A stretch of 64,000 nt of DNA from Bugula neritina (taxonomy: Eukaryota; Animalia; Bryozoa), in assembly GCA_964035545.1 (NCBI GenBank), contig OZ037769.1:10384633-10448632 (forward strand). The letters run 5' to 3'. The notes under the pieces are model-generated. The model saw only the letters and a program-made list of their open reading frames with translations, had not been told where the DNA came from and ran no database searches. The translations under genes and the position numbers were made by a program. Below are positions 12,465 through 23,000 of the stretch, piece by piece (within the stretch, counting starts at the first letter, position 1; every line of letters begins with the position of its first letter).

Positions 12465-13779
12465 CCGGATCTTCCTGGCGGTAGTTCAGATTTCAAGGAT
12501 ACCGGCAACAACTGGTGAAAACTGGCCAACGAAAACTGGCGGCAGAAATTGACGCGGAATTTGGTCAGGTATGGTGTTAGTTTACAGCCAAGATAGGGAT
12601 TGACGTAAGAGGGATCTGCTGTTGTTGGCTCACCTTTGTATTTTGTAGACTATATCATCATTAATTGTACCTCAGTCTATAAATTAAAGAATAATTTTTT
12701 TGACTATAATATGATAAAATATATTAGCCAATGCTCACGTGTCGATCTTTGTAATAGGCTATATTAATGTTAAATAATTTATTAAGCATTTAAAATTATT
12801 GTATATCATCTATATGTTGGCACGAATAAATATTCACACATATACATATGTATATCTCTTTTTATGAACTGCATCTGTTATATGTTTCAGCTTTTTATCC
12901 ATTTCCATTTGTTCATCAATTAGTGTTTTATTTCAAAAGTCAGTATTACAAATTTCAACACGTGATCATGGCATGTAGTACTATCTCAGCACCGCAATTA
13001 CTTATTTAAAAGCCACACTACTAAATAATACTATTTTCGTTGCCTAAAAAGGCTATAACATCATGTGTCATATACATATATAATATATTAATGCATTCTT
13101 TATTTAAAGCAATTTTTTATGCAAGACCAAGATATCTAACTCACTCAAAACTTGTACATTTAAACATTAACTTCACTCAATTATTAAGCCTCATGTATCC
13201 TATTACTTGAATATACTTACACTCTTTCTTGAATGTTGTAGATAAACTGTAGTCTACATACCGTGATGGAGTAGATATAATAATTTATAATTGCGTCAAC
13301 CTGCTACAGCGGCCATCTTACTGAAAGTCTCAAACAAACCTTAGCATCGCCGAAGCCATATTTCAATAAGCTGGCAGAACATCTCAGAGACATAACTTGT
13401 GAAGTACAGAAGTAAGAATTAACATAAAAGAACAGTGTATGTATAATCATGCATCCTATACCGAGAATATAGTTTTTTTAAGAATTTTCTGAGAACAATG
13501 GTAATATATATATATATATATATATACCAATACTTTAGTCCAATCACTTATGACATATTTTATAGAAATTCTACTTCTAACATTATTGTAAAATATTCCC
13601 CGCAGTCCTTGCAAACTTCGTAGAAATGAGGCTATCTAACATTTCTATTTTGTTTACATTAGCAGATAGTTTCAGTCTTGATGTCGGTCTTCATAAGGAT
13701 GCAATTGTTTTGACACTTCTATTCCCATCAAATAAAATAAGCATTTTCTACGTAAAAAAACTGTTTCTGTTTACCTGGT

Positions 13780-13891
13780 AGATTATTTTTGCCAGGCCAT
13801 GATAGAGTTTTGACTTTGCAAATTATTTTGCAAGGCCATGATGGAGTTTTGACTTGGCAAATTATTTTGCAAGGCCATGATGAAGTTTTGA
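13780..13891. repeat. ~3 x 39-bp tandem repeat
   Basis: GCAAATTATTTTGCAAGGCCATGATGGAGTTTTGACTT-like units. Confidence 0.85.
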
Positions 13892-14249
13892 ATTTCCTCT
13901 CCACTATTTTTACTAAAACTCTCAAGCTATACTCATATATATTCAAACCATTAGTTCCAATCATAACCACTATTAGCATATCATTCTGTAAATACATCAA
14001 GTTGCTGTGCAGTATCTACTCCGCAAAATATAAAGTACTGTGTAATCTCTGATCTGACATTATTATGTTCCATATCTTTACAACCTAGTACTGGTAGCTT
14101 TATGGGGGTTAAATAAAGAAAACATATGTTTTTGTTAATTACTTTATTTAAATAAAAGAACAAAGTAAAAAAATTGTTGTTGTTGCCCAGTTGATTATTC
14201 TGGATTTATGCATAGTCCGATGTTCTGCAATGCTGCCTATAGTTGATTT

Positions 14250-14442
14250 TGTAATGTGCACGCAGTTATGTAACCTGTTTTATAAATATTAATATAGTTG
14301 TGCTTTGTTCCTTTGTGTTCTAAATCTCTTTATCCTTGTTGTTTGCATATATTGTCAGTTCTTTTAGATATGTGTTCGTAGTGATCAGTTGTGATTTCCA
14401 AATAAAGATATTTTAGTGAACTTTAAGTATAATACTATTACA
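14250..14442 (+). repeat. Gypsy-A 5' LTR (193 bp)
   Basis: TG..CA ends with inverted TGTAAT/ATTACA; AATAAA at 14401; differs from the reassembled 3' LTR by about 1 substitution and a 2-nt indel. Confidence 0.95.
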
Positions 14443-14473
14443 AGCTGTTTCGGCATTTATCAGTGGTAGAAAT

Positions 14474-15241
14474 ATGGCAGTCAGGGTGTCGGATCTAGTG
14501 AAAAATTATGAGGACAGTTCAGTTAGTGGAGACTTTACTGAGTGGTGTGAGAAGCTGGAGCTAGTAGCAAAGTTGCAGAAAGTAGAAGATCTTGCATCGT
14601 TCCTGCCATTATTCTTGGCAGGTCCAGCATTCGCTGTGTATAAACAGTTTTCAGAGGATGTTAAATCAGACTTTCCAAAGTTAAAGACTGAGCTGATGAC
14701 GTCATTTTGTGAGAGCAGTTACAGCGCTTATGATCAACTTAGATCAAAAAGTCTAAAAGAAGGTGAAGCTGTAGATGTCTATGTGGCTGACTTGAGAAGG
14801 CTAGTAACACTAATAGGTCAGAAAACCCCTGAGCCTTTACTGAAATGTGCATTTATTGCTGGTTTGCCAGTGGATGTTGCTACACAAATAAAATCTGTCG
14901 CTGCTGTTGAAGAGTTGAGCTTAGAAGAATTGGTTGGTAGAGCTAGGGTAATGTTATCATCAGCAACTGTAGACACTTTGACACCCTGTGCTGTTGGTAG
15001 GAATGTTACTAGAAAGTGTTTTAAATGTTTTTCACCACATCATTCAGCTAGGAACTGTAACACTGAGAAAAGTCAAAATGGGAACATGAATGCTAAACCA
15101 AATGCCAATAATCAACAGCAGTACAGAAGATGGAACGTTCAGTGCTATACCTGTCAGGCTTGGGGGCATATCAGTAGGAATTGCCCACAGGGAAACGGCA
15201 TTGGGGCAGTGTCAGCACCGGATGCTCACCCCAACAACTGA
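14474..15241 (+). CDS. Gypsy-A Gag with two CCHC zinc knuckles
   Basis: 255-aa ORF containing CFKCFSPHHSARNC and CYTCQAWGHISRNC. Confidence 0.92.
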   Translation: MAVRVSDLVKNYEDSSVSGDFTEWCEKLELVAKLQKVEDLASFLPLFLAGPAFAVYKQFSEDVKSDFPKLKTELMTSFCESSYSAYDQLRSKSLKEGEAVDVYVADLRRLVTLIGQKTPEPLLKCAFIAGLPVDVATQIKSVAAVEELSLEELVGRARVMLSSATVDTLTPCAVGRNVTRKCFKCFSPHHSARNCNTEKSQNGNMNAKPNANNQQQYRRWNVQCYTCQAWGHISRNCPQGNGIGAVSAPDAHPNN

Positions 15242-18186
15242 ATTGCAATTCGGTGCTACCACTAATAACTGTAAATGTAAACGGTGTGAGTATAAAAGCA
15301 CTAGTAGACAGTGATTGTGAACAATCAGTAGTTTTAGAAAGATTTTGTAATCAGCTAGGTGTTGCACCATGTGGTCCTGAACGGAAGGTTCTAATGCTAA
15401 ATGGACAAATAACTAAATGTAGGGGTGAAGCTCAATTAGCAGTGCAGGTTAGAAATCGTCATCTCTCTGTAAAATGTTTAATAGCTCCAATGTTAGTCGG
15501 TGGTTGCTCTTTAATTTTGGGAATGGATGCTATTAGCAAATTAGGTGGTGTGACAATTACTAGGAATAAGCAGGTGATGTTTCCTGCAGTTGAACCAACA
15601 ACAGAAGTTGGTAAAGTTAGTGCTGTTAGTCTAGGTGTAGGGGTAGATAGATTTGATAAGACATTAACTAGTAATAGTACAGATGAACTTTCTGTTAGTG
15701 ACACTGACTTTAATGCTAAATTTGATGGTACAAAATGGACAGTGAGGTGGAAATGGGAGAATGGTGAGCCGATATTACAGAACCAATGTGGACAGTATGC
15801 TGTAAAAGACAAATTCAAGCAGAGTTACCATGAGCAGATTCAGCAATGGATAAATGATGGATGGCTACAATTGTATGACAATAAATTACATGGTACAGTC
15901 ACTGGAATTGTACCATTGATGGCTGCTGCCCAGCCAAATAAACCAACCCAGGTTCGACCTGTTATGGATTATAGTAGAGAACTCAACAAATACATCTACA
16001 GTAAGCCCAGTGGTGACACTGCCATTTGTCAGGATAAATTGAGGAAATGGAGGCTACTTGGTGACAATGCCAGTTTGCTGGATTTAAGAAAAGCTTACTT
16101 ACAACTTCATGTGGATAGTGATTTGCAAAGGTTTCAAGCTGTACGGTATGAGGGTAAGATCTATGTAATGACTAGGTTAGGTTTTGGTTTAAATGTGGCA
16201 CCTAAAATCATGTCAAAAGTTTTATCTACAGTGCTGGCTCAAGATGACACTATCCAAAAAGGTACTGATAGTTATATAGATGACATTATAGTTGATGAGA
16301 CTGTTGTTTCGGTAGAAGTAGTTCAAAATCATTTGTTGAAGTTTGGTTTGGTTACTAAAGAACCAGAGAAACTGAGTAATGCTAGAGTTTTAGGGCTAAG
16401 GGTTAGAGAGGGGCATAGAGGTGACATGTCATGTTATAGCATAAGCAAGCGAGAGCTGTTTTCAGTGTGTGGTAAACTGACTGGACATTTTCCTGTAGCA
16501 GGGTGGCTTAGGGTAGCATGCAGTTTTATGAAAAGGTTGACGCAATCAGATATGTGGGATAGTGCTGTGTCTGACCACGTTCAAAAGATGTTGTTAGAGA
16601 CATTAGATAGAGTTGGAAAATCTGATCCTGTGAAAGGAAAGTGGCATGTGGCTAATACTGATACAGGCACTGTATGGTGTGATGCAAGCAGTTTGGCAAT
16701 AGGAGTGTCTGTACAAATAGATGACCAGATAGTCGAGGATGCTTCGTGGATGAGAAAACCCGATGATTGCACCCACATCAATGTAGCAGAATTAGAAGCT
16801 GTGGTAAAAGGCCTAAATTTGGCTTTAAAATGGAATCTATGCAACATTGTAGTGAAAACCGATTCAATGTCAGTATTCAGGTGGGTCACATCTGTAATCA
16901 ATGATAGTGTCAGACCAAAAGTTAATGGCATGAATGAGATGATTGTGAAACGTAGGTTAGGTGTTATAGCGGAACTGATAGAAGAGTACAAGCTGTCATT
17001 AAGAATACATTTAGTGAAATCAGCTGAGAATTGGGCAGATGCTCTGACACGGGTGAGTTCAGCATGGCTTACTAAGCGAATAACCTGTGCAAGTGCAGGT
17101 GTGACAACTCCTGATGTAGCTGACCTGAAGGATGAAATAGCCAAGATGCATGGAATGCATCATTTGGGCATTGAAAGAACATTCTATTTAGCTAAATGTA
17201 AATTCGGAGAAGGCATAGACAAGGAGTTAGTTGAAAGAGTAGTCAAGGAATGTGCTGTGTGTAGGAGTATTGATCCTTCTCCAGTGCAGTAAGAAAGAGG
17301 AGTTCTGGAGGTCAATGAGAATTGGTATAGGCTGGCAATGGATGTGAGTCTTTATAATCGTGTACCATACTTGACTATTATTGACTGTGGTCCAAGTAGA
17401 TTTGCTGTGTGGATAAAGTTGCAGAATGAGGCAGCTGACTCTGTGGTAAATCATCTACTAAAGGTGTTTCAGCAACGTGGTCCACCAACAGAGTTACTGT
17501 CAGACAACGGACCATGCTTCAGAAGTGACAGATTGAAACACTTGCTTAGCCAGTGGGATGTACAGCACATATTTAGCTGTGCTTATAGAGCATCTGGAAA
17601 TGGTGTCATAGGGCGCAATCACAGGACTATAAAAAGAATGGCAGCTCGAACTAGATCCTCAAAAGAAAAAATGGTATTTTGGTACAACACTCCAAATAGT
17701 AACAATGTAATACCTTCACGAAGTTTATACAGCTATAATGTAAAGCTGCCTAAAGTATTACCATCAACAGTAGGCAAACCCACAGACATTACAAAAAACC
17801 CCTACAATGTAGGAGACAAAGTATATGTAAAACCTGTAAATTCTAAATGCACAACTGCATGGTCACAGGGCACAATTACTAGGGTTGTGTCGAACACTGC
17901 GGTAATGGTAGATGGTATGACACGACATGTAAGCGATGTCCGATTGGCTAATGCAGAGAACAGGGAAAGTGGTGACGTTTCATCTTGTACAAAACAGCAA
18001 TCTCAGGTACATAGAGACATTGAAACTAACTTGAGGTCAGATAATGCTGATGAGGATGCAGATGCAAATAGAGTTGTGGATGGTGAAAATGTTGAGGAAG
18101 GTGAAAGTGTAGACGAAGTGATTGACCGGCCAGTAAGAGATAGACGGCCACCCAGGTGGTTGGCAGACTTTTACGTAGATGAGTGA
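15181..18186 (+). pseudogene. Gypsy-A Pol (PR, RT, RNase H, integrase) in the -1 frame, with an in-frame TAA at 17290-17292
   Basis: ALVDSDC (protease, G to D), LDLRKAYLQL and YIDD (RT), WCDASS/HINVAEL (RNase H), HHLG..CAVC zinc motif, LAMD/SDNGPCF integrase. ORF 17338-18186 is in frame with 15181-17292. Confidence 0.92.
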
Positions 18187-18346
18187 ATGTTTTTCTTTTT
18201 GTTTTATTAAGTATTTGTTTGATCTGATAAGATCAGGGGGAAATGTAATGTGCACGCAGTTATGTAACCTGTTTTATAAATATTAATATAGTTGTGCTTT
18301 GTTCCTTTGTGTTCTAAATCTCTTTATCCTTGTTGTTTGTATATAT

Positions 18347-18651
18347 TGTTATGATTTTCAGATTTAGGGTCGATGTGCAACCAAGAGAGTCATTTATTAT
18401 TAGAGGAACTTCACCGAGATAAGTCGAGTAGATATCGTTATATTTGAATACAAGAATACATAATAAAATCTAATATACAACAGTTAATAATACGCACGTC
18501 TATTTAATTTACAGCACTATCCTCAACTGAGCTAGTAGCGCGAAGCTGCTACTATTACTCATAAGCAGCTTAGCTAATTGGCTAGTACATCGTTCCGGGT
18601 CAATACGCAACCTTGCGTATTGTGTTGCTGGTAGCTCTACAAGCCACCACA
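18347..18651 (-). repeat. Gypsy-B 3' LTR
   Basis: Direct repeat of 25499-25803 with TG..CA ends. Confidence 0.96.
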
Positions 18652-18930
18652 CTGCCCCCTCCAGCAGAAAGCCCTCTTTCTGATAAAAAATATAATTCAC
18701 ATAAAAAAACTTATACATCAGTGGGCAGAGAGAGAACGATACAAAAGTATATACGAGAGCCAACTGATTAGAGGTACAGGTATATATATAAAAAAATATA
18801 TGCACAATGAATGATGCAAGTATGTAAAAGAAAATCCTATTTACATGTAGAGTACGTGCCACCGTAACGGGAGGGAATGCCACAGAGAGGTAGGGGGGAA
18901 GAGTAGTATAGAGTTGGAGATGGACTCATG

Positions 18931-20004
18931 TTAATCATGCGCCGCCCGCCTCATGCGTTTAATAGACTCCTGTAGATACTTGAGTTCACTGGATGCAGCA
19001 TGCACGCCCGGGGCCAGTCTATACACTTCTTGCTCCAGGTCGCGTGCCCTAGCTTCTACTTCACGTAAGTTGCAGGCCAGAGGGGATGAACGAGAGAAGA
19101 TCTGCTGTCTGTGCCTTTTTCGTTCTGAAGATGGAAGTGGGGGAGGGAGTGTATACGCCTTCGTGTCTACCCTCTGTAGTACGACACGGGGAAGTGTATG
19201 CGGTTGACGTATAGGACTGAGAGGTGGGGAGTTAGATGATTTTGTAGGCTCATTCACAGCTTCAGAGATGATGGGTCGAGGGGAGGGAAAGCCTTGCTCC
19301 AGGCGAGACAGCCGAGCCGAGTCAGTGATGAGGGGTCTGATGGCGTTAAGGAATGCGGGATATGATGCTTGGTCTACTTCATAGGCGTGTCCTTGAAAGC
19401 ACTGCATAGTGCGTTGGTGACGCAGTAGATAATCACGATTGTAACTATATTCTCCGCAGGGGCAGAACGTTGTGATGTAATGCTGCGGCAAGTGGACTCT
19501 CAGCCTGCGATGGGTTGTAAACCGCTGCTGACATTGGCGGCATTCGCGGTTACTGTCATCTCCTCTATGAGTCTTAATCTCTTTCTCTGTGGCAGGGGTA
19601 GTCCAGTTGGAGGTTGCTTCCAACTGGGGTGGCAGTTGTCCGGTTGTGGAAGTTGGTGGGGCCAGCTCTGGGTCCCATGCCATCTCTAGAGAAGGCATGC
19701 CCGGAGAGACGGGCGTGAGTGTGTCTACAAAAGTAGAATTATTGTTAGATCGCGGTGGATCTTTACAACATAATTCTAGTGACGGTTGACTGTTACTAGC
19801 CTGAGAGTCACAACTTTTAGAATGCACTCGAGAAACCAGTGAATCATGTGTGGACTGACCAAGAACAGTGTCTAGCTCCAGGTCTAACAGACCGTCGGCC
19901 ATTACAGTGTCTTCATCGTCATTCACGTGAAACGTGGTTCCCAGTAATTCTGATTCAATCTGTTGAATTAGTTCAGAATTTACTGGCATCGAGCCCATTT
20001 TCAT
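18931..20004 (-). CDS. Gypsy-B accessory ORF3: C2H2/C2HC zinc-finger protein with C-terminal coiled coil
   Basis: Intact 357-aa ORF between pol and the 3' LTR; CRQC-x12-HLPQH and CPC-x12-H-x5-C; no transmembrane segment or signal peptide visible. Confidence 0.8.
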   Translation of the reverse strand: MKMGSMPVNSELIQQIESELLGTTFHVNDDEDTVMADGLLDLELDTVLGQSTHDSLVSRVHSKSCDSQASNSQPSLELCCKDPPRSNNNSTFVDTLTPVSPGMPSLEMAWDPELAPPTSTTGQLPPQLEATSNWTTPATEKEIKTHRGDDSNRECRQCQQRFTTHRRLRVHLPQHYITTFCPCGEYSYNRDYLLRHQRTMQCFQGHAYEVDQASYPAFLNAIRPLITDSARLSRLEQGFPSPRPIISEAVNEPTKSSNSPPLSPIRQPHTLPRVVLQRVDTKAYTLPPPLPSSERKRHRQQIFSRSSPLACNLREVEARARDLEQEVYRLAPGVHAASSELKYLQESIKRMRRAAHD

Positions 20005-20021
20005 GGATAGGAATACAAGAC

Positions 20022-23000
20022 TTATACTGGCTTACCTGTGAACTCGGTATTAATGTCCATACTCAACGTTCTTGGTAAGGTTGGAGCTGGTTGTGATATA
20101 CGTCTGCCTCTGGCGATGTCAGCATAAGAAAAGGCTGAGCATCGTTTCTGAGGCACGAGGTCGGAACTATTTGCTTTACGCGCATTAATTCCTCCCACTA
20201 TTCCGCCCTCGCAAAAGTTGATATTTGCGTGGGGTTCACAACTCCAACATTTTATCGTACGGTTTTCCCCTTGACTTTCTTGCGTGCCGCTTCTAATGCA
20301 GTCACATACGAAGTCTTTTAAATATGGTGGGGGTTTCCTCGTACGCTGTCCCCTTTCTAGGGGGGGTGACACGCTCGCCGGTTTATTTGTAGGGGCCTCT
20401 AATGGCATCTCTACTTCACCGTTAGCGGTCACCTCTTCTTGTTCTCCGGATGGAGCCCCTCCCTCCGTGGGGGTTTGCACTTCCGGAACCGGCTCGGTTT
20501 CTGGAAGTGGTGGAATTAGACTTGGCGGTGGCGGACACGCTTCTGCTGGCAAAAGCTGTCGCTCCTCTCTCACCAAGTTTTCTTCCCACGGTATGACCAC
20601 TTCGTATTCAGGTCCATGCCGCCGTCGCCCGCGAGTTGTTGTCTGCCTCCTGGGCTCCAACAACGGGGGGGCTTCTCCCACTGCGTCGGGACTAGCCCAA
20701 TACGGTTTCAAGCGAGACTCCTTCTGGATAGACACCTGTCCTAAGCGCTCAATCTTGTACGTATGATTGGGCATAGCCTCGACAATCACGTAGGGTCCTA
20801 CGAACTTAGGCTTTAGTTTGTCAGCCTGCCCGCGACGCCTACGGTAATTGACCATCCACACCTTATCTCCCGTTTGGTAGAGAGGTGGTTCATCGGAATC
20901 TTTGTGCCGCACCTTCCACTGCTGTTCGCGCAGTATATCGTGTGCGGCCTTCATCCGTTCCACTAGTTCACTGGCATACTCGTGAACCGAGTTGTCTTGC
21001 TCTGGAACGTGGTAGGTAAGATGGTCAGGGACACGAGTCTCTCTCCCGAGCATCAAGAGGTTTGGGGTCTCACCAGTACTGGTGTGTGGGGTGCTACGGT
21101 ATGCACGCATGACTTGCGGCAACACCGTATCCCATTCCTCTTGGCCTCGTCCAAGGAGGAGACTCCGGAGCGCATCACCTAGCATCCGGTTGTTGCGCTC
21201 CACCACCCCGTTACCTTGAGGGTGGTAGGGGGTGGTCCGGCTCTGATTTACTCCCCAGAGGTGGCAAAGGTCGCTCATCAGTTGGGACTGGAACTGAGCG
21301 CCTTGATCAGAGTGTATCTGTTCAGGGAGACCAAAATAACAGAATACATGTTGGTCTAGTGCCCTGGCCACTGTTGGGGCTGACGCATCTGGGATAGCCA
21401 GAGCATTCGCCCACCGGGTAAAGTGGTCGGTCAGTACTAAAATCCAACTATTGCCTCTGGGGGTCAGGGGCATGGGTCCGACCAGGTCTACAGCGGCTAC
21501 TTGCCAGGGCCTTCCAGCATATAACCTCCGCCGTCCTGCTTCACCAGGGGGACGGCTATGCTTACTGGCCTGGCGGATCTCACACTGTTTGACTCTTAGC
21601 CGGACGTCACGCTCCATTTGTGGCCAATACCACCGGAGTCGTAATTTGGACATCACTCTCTTGACCCCTGCGTGGGCCTGTTTGTGAGTATCCCAAATCA
21701 ACTCACGGCGGATGGCAGTGGGGCAGACTACCCTCTTCCTCTCTGGGTGTCTGCTGCTGGCGGCTAGAGAGATGGTTAGTAACCCATCCTGCCCGATCCG
21801 CAGCGAGTCTCAACGCTGACAGTATAGCCGGAATTCGGCGCATCCCTGTCTTATTCGTTCCTCGCTGGGTCGTCGCCCTTTCTTTTTGGCCCGATATATG
21901 TCTGCCACTACTCCAGGTAGCTCTTCCTGGAGCTTTTTCAGCTCTCGGACATTTTCGGCCAGTACAGGGTTGGCGCGGAGGTTTTGTACAACCTCCGGGG
22001 ACTCGTCAACCTCCTGTCTGAGTTGACCCTGGTCCCAGTCAAACGGTGCTCCATGGTGAGCCAGCGTCTCTAACTCACATCGCGGGGGACCTCTGTCCCT
22101 CCTCTCGATGTTGAGACACTGTTTGCAACCTCCATCAGGTCGGCGGCTCAAACCATCCGCATTGCTGTGTCTCCTGCCCGGTCGATGTTCGATCCGGTAG
22201 GAGAATTCAGCTAGGATTTCGAGCCACCGGGCGACCTGATTGGAGGGCTCTGCTCTCTTGCACAACCAGATCAGCGAGGCATGATCCGTACGCAGCCGGA
22301 ACTTCCTGCCGTATAAGTATGGTCTGAAGTGCTTCACTGACTTGATTACTGCCAGCAGCTCCTTGCGGGTAGTGCAGTAATTTCGTTCAGCGGGTGAGAG
22401 AGACTTGCTGTAGAAGGCTACTACTACCTCTCGGCCTTCCTGCACTTGAGACAGCACAGCGCCAACATTTTGGTCACTGGCGTCCGTGTCGAGGATGTAC
22501 TCCAGAGTGGGGTCTGGGTAGGCCAAGATGGGCGCCGTTAGCAGGCAGCCCTTGAGGCGGTCGAACGCTCCTTGTTCGACTGGGGTCCACTGCCACGTCA
22601 CTCCCTTTGCGGTGAGCCGGTTTAACGGCTGGGCTATGCCCGCAAAGTCTGGTATGTATTGCCTGTAATACCCTACCAGCCCCAAGAAAGCCCGGAGTCC
22701 GGTCAAGTCTTGGGGGGTGACCCAGTCTTCTACCGCCCGTACCTTTTCGGGATCCGTTGCCACGCCATTTCGACCGACAACGTGCCCCAGGTACTTGACC
22801 TCCGGCTGCAATAGAGCGCACTTGGAAGGTTTGAGCTTAAGACCGGCACCTCGGAGTCTCTCGAAAACCTCCTGCAGACGACTGACATGTGTCTCGAAGT
22901 CTGGGGAGATCACGATGACATCATCGAGGTAGACCAGCAGTGTCTTCCAATGGAGCCCGCTAAGGACTTGCTCCATCAGCCTCTGGAAGGTGGCTGGGGC

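Larger units (their letters stand above)
11335..12660 (-). mobile_element. Candidate long solo LTR with internal minisatellite and promoter
   Basis: TGATGATA...TATCATCA inverted termini, internal TATA box on the minus strand and a tandem repeat block. The TSD is not clean (CTATT vs TTAAT). Confidence 0.35.

Noticed and set aside
14457-18230. 5'-3' cyclisation pairing TTATCAG / CTGATAA in Gypsy-A
   Set aside because: Only 7 bp; cannot be distinguished from chance without a family alignment.
18931-20004. env gene (errantivirus-like)
   Set aside because: No signal peptide, fusion peptide or transmembrane anchor; it has zinc fingers instead.
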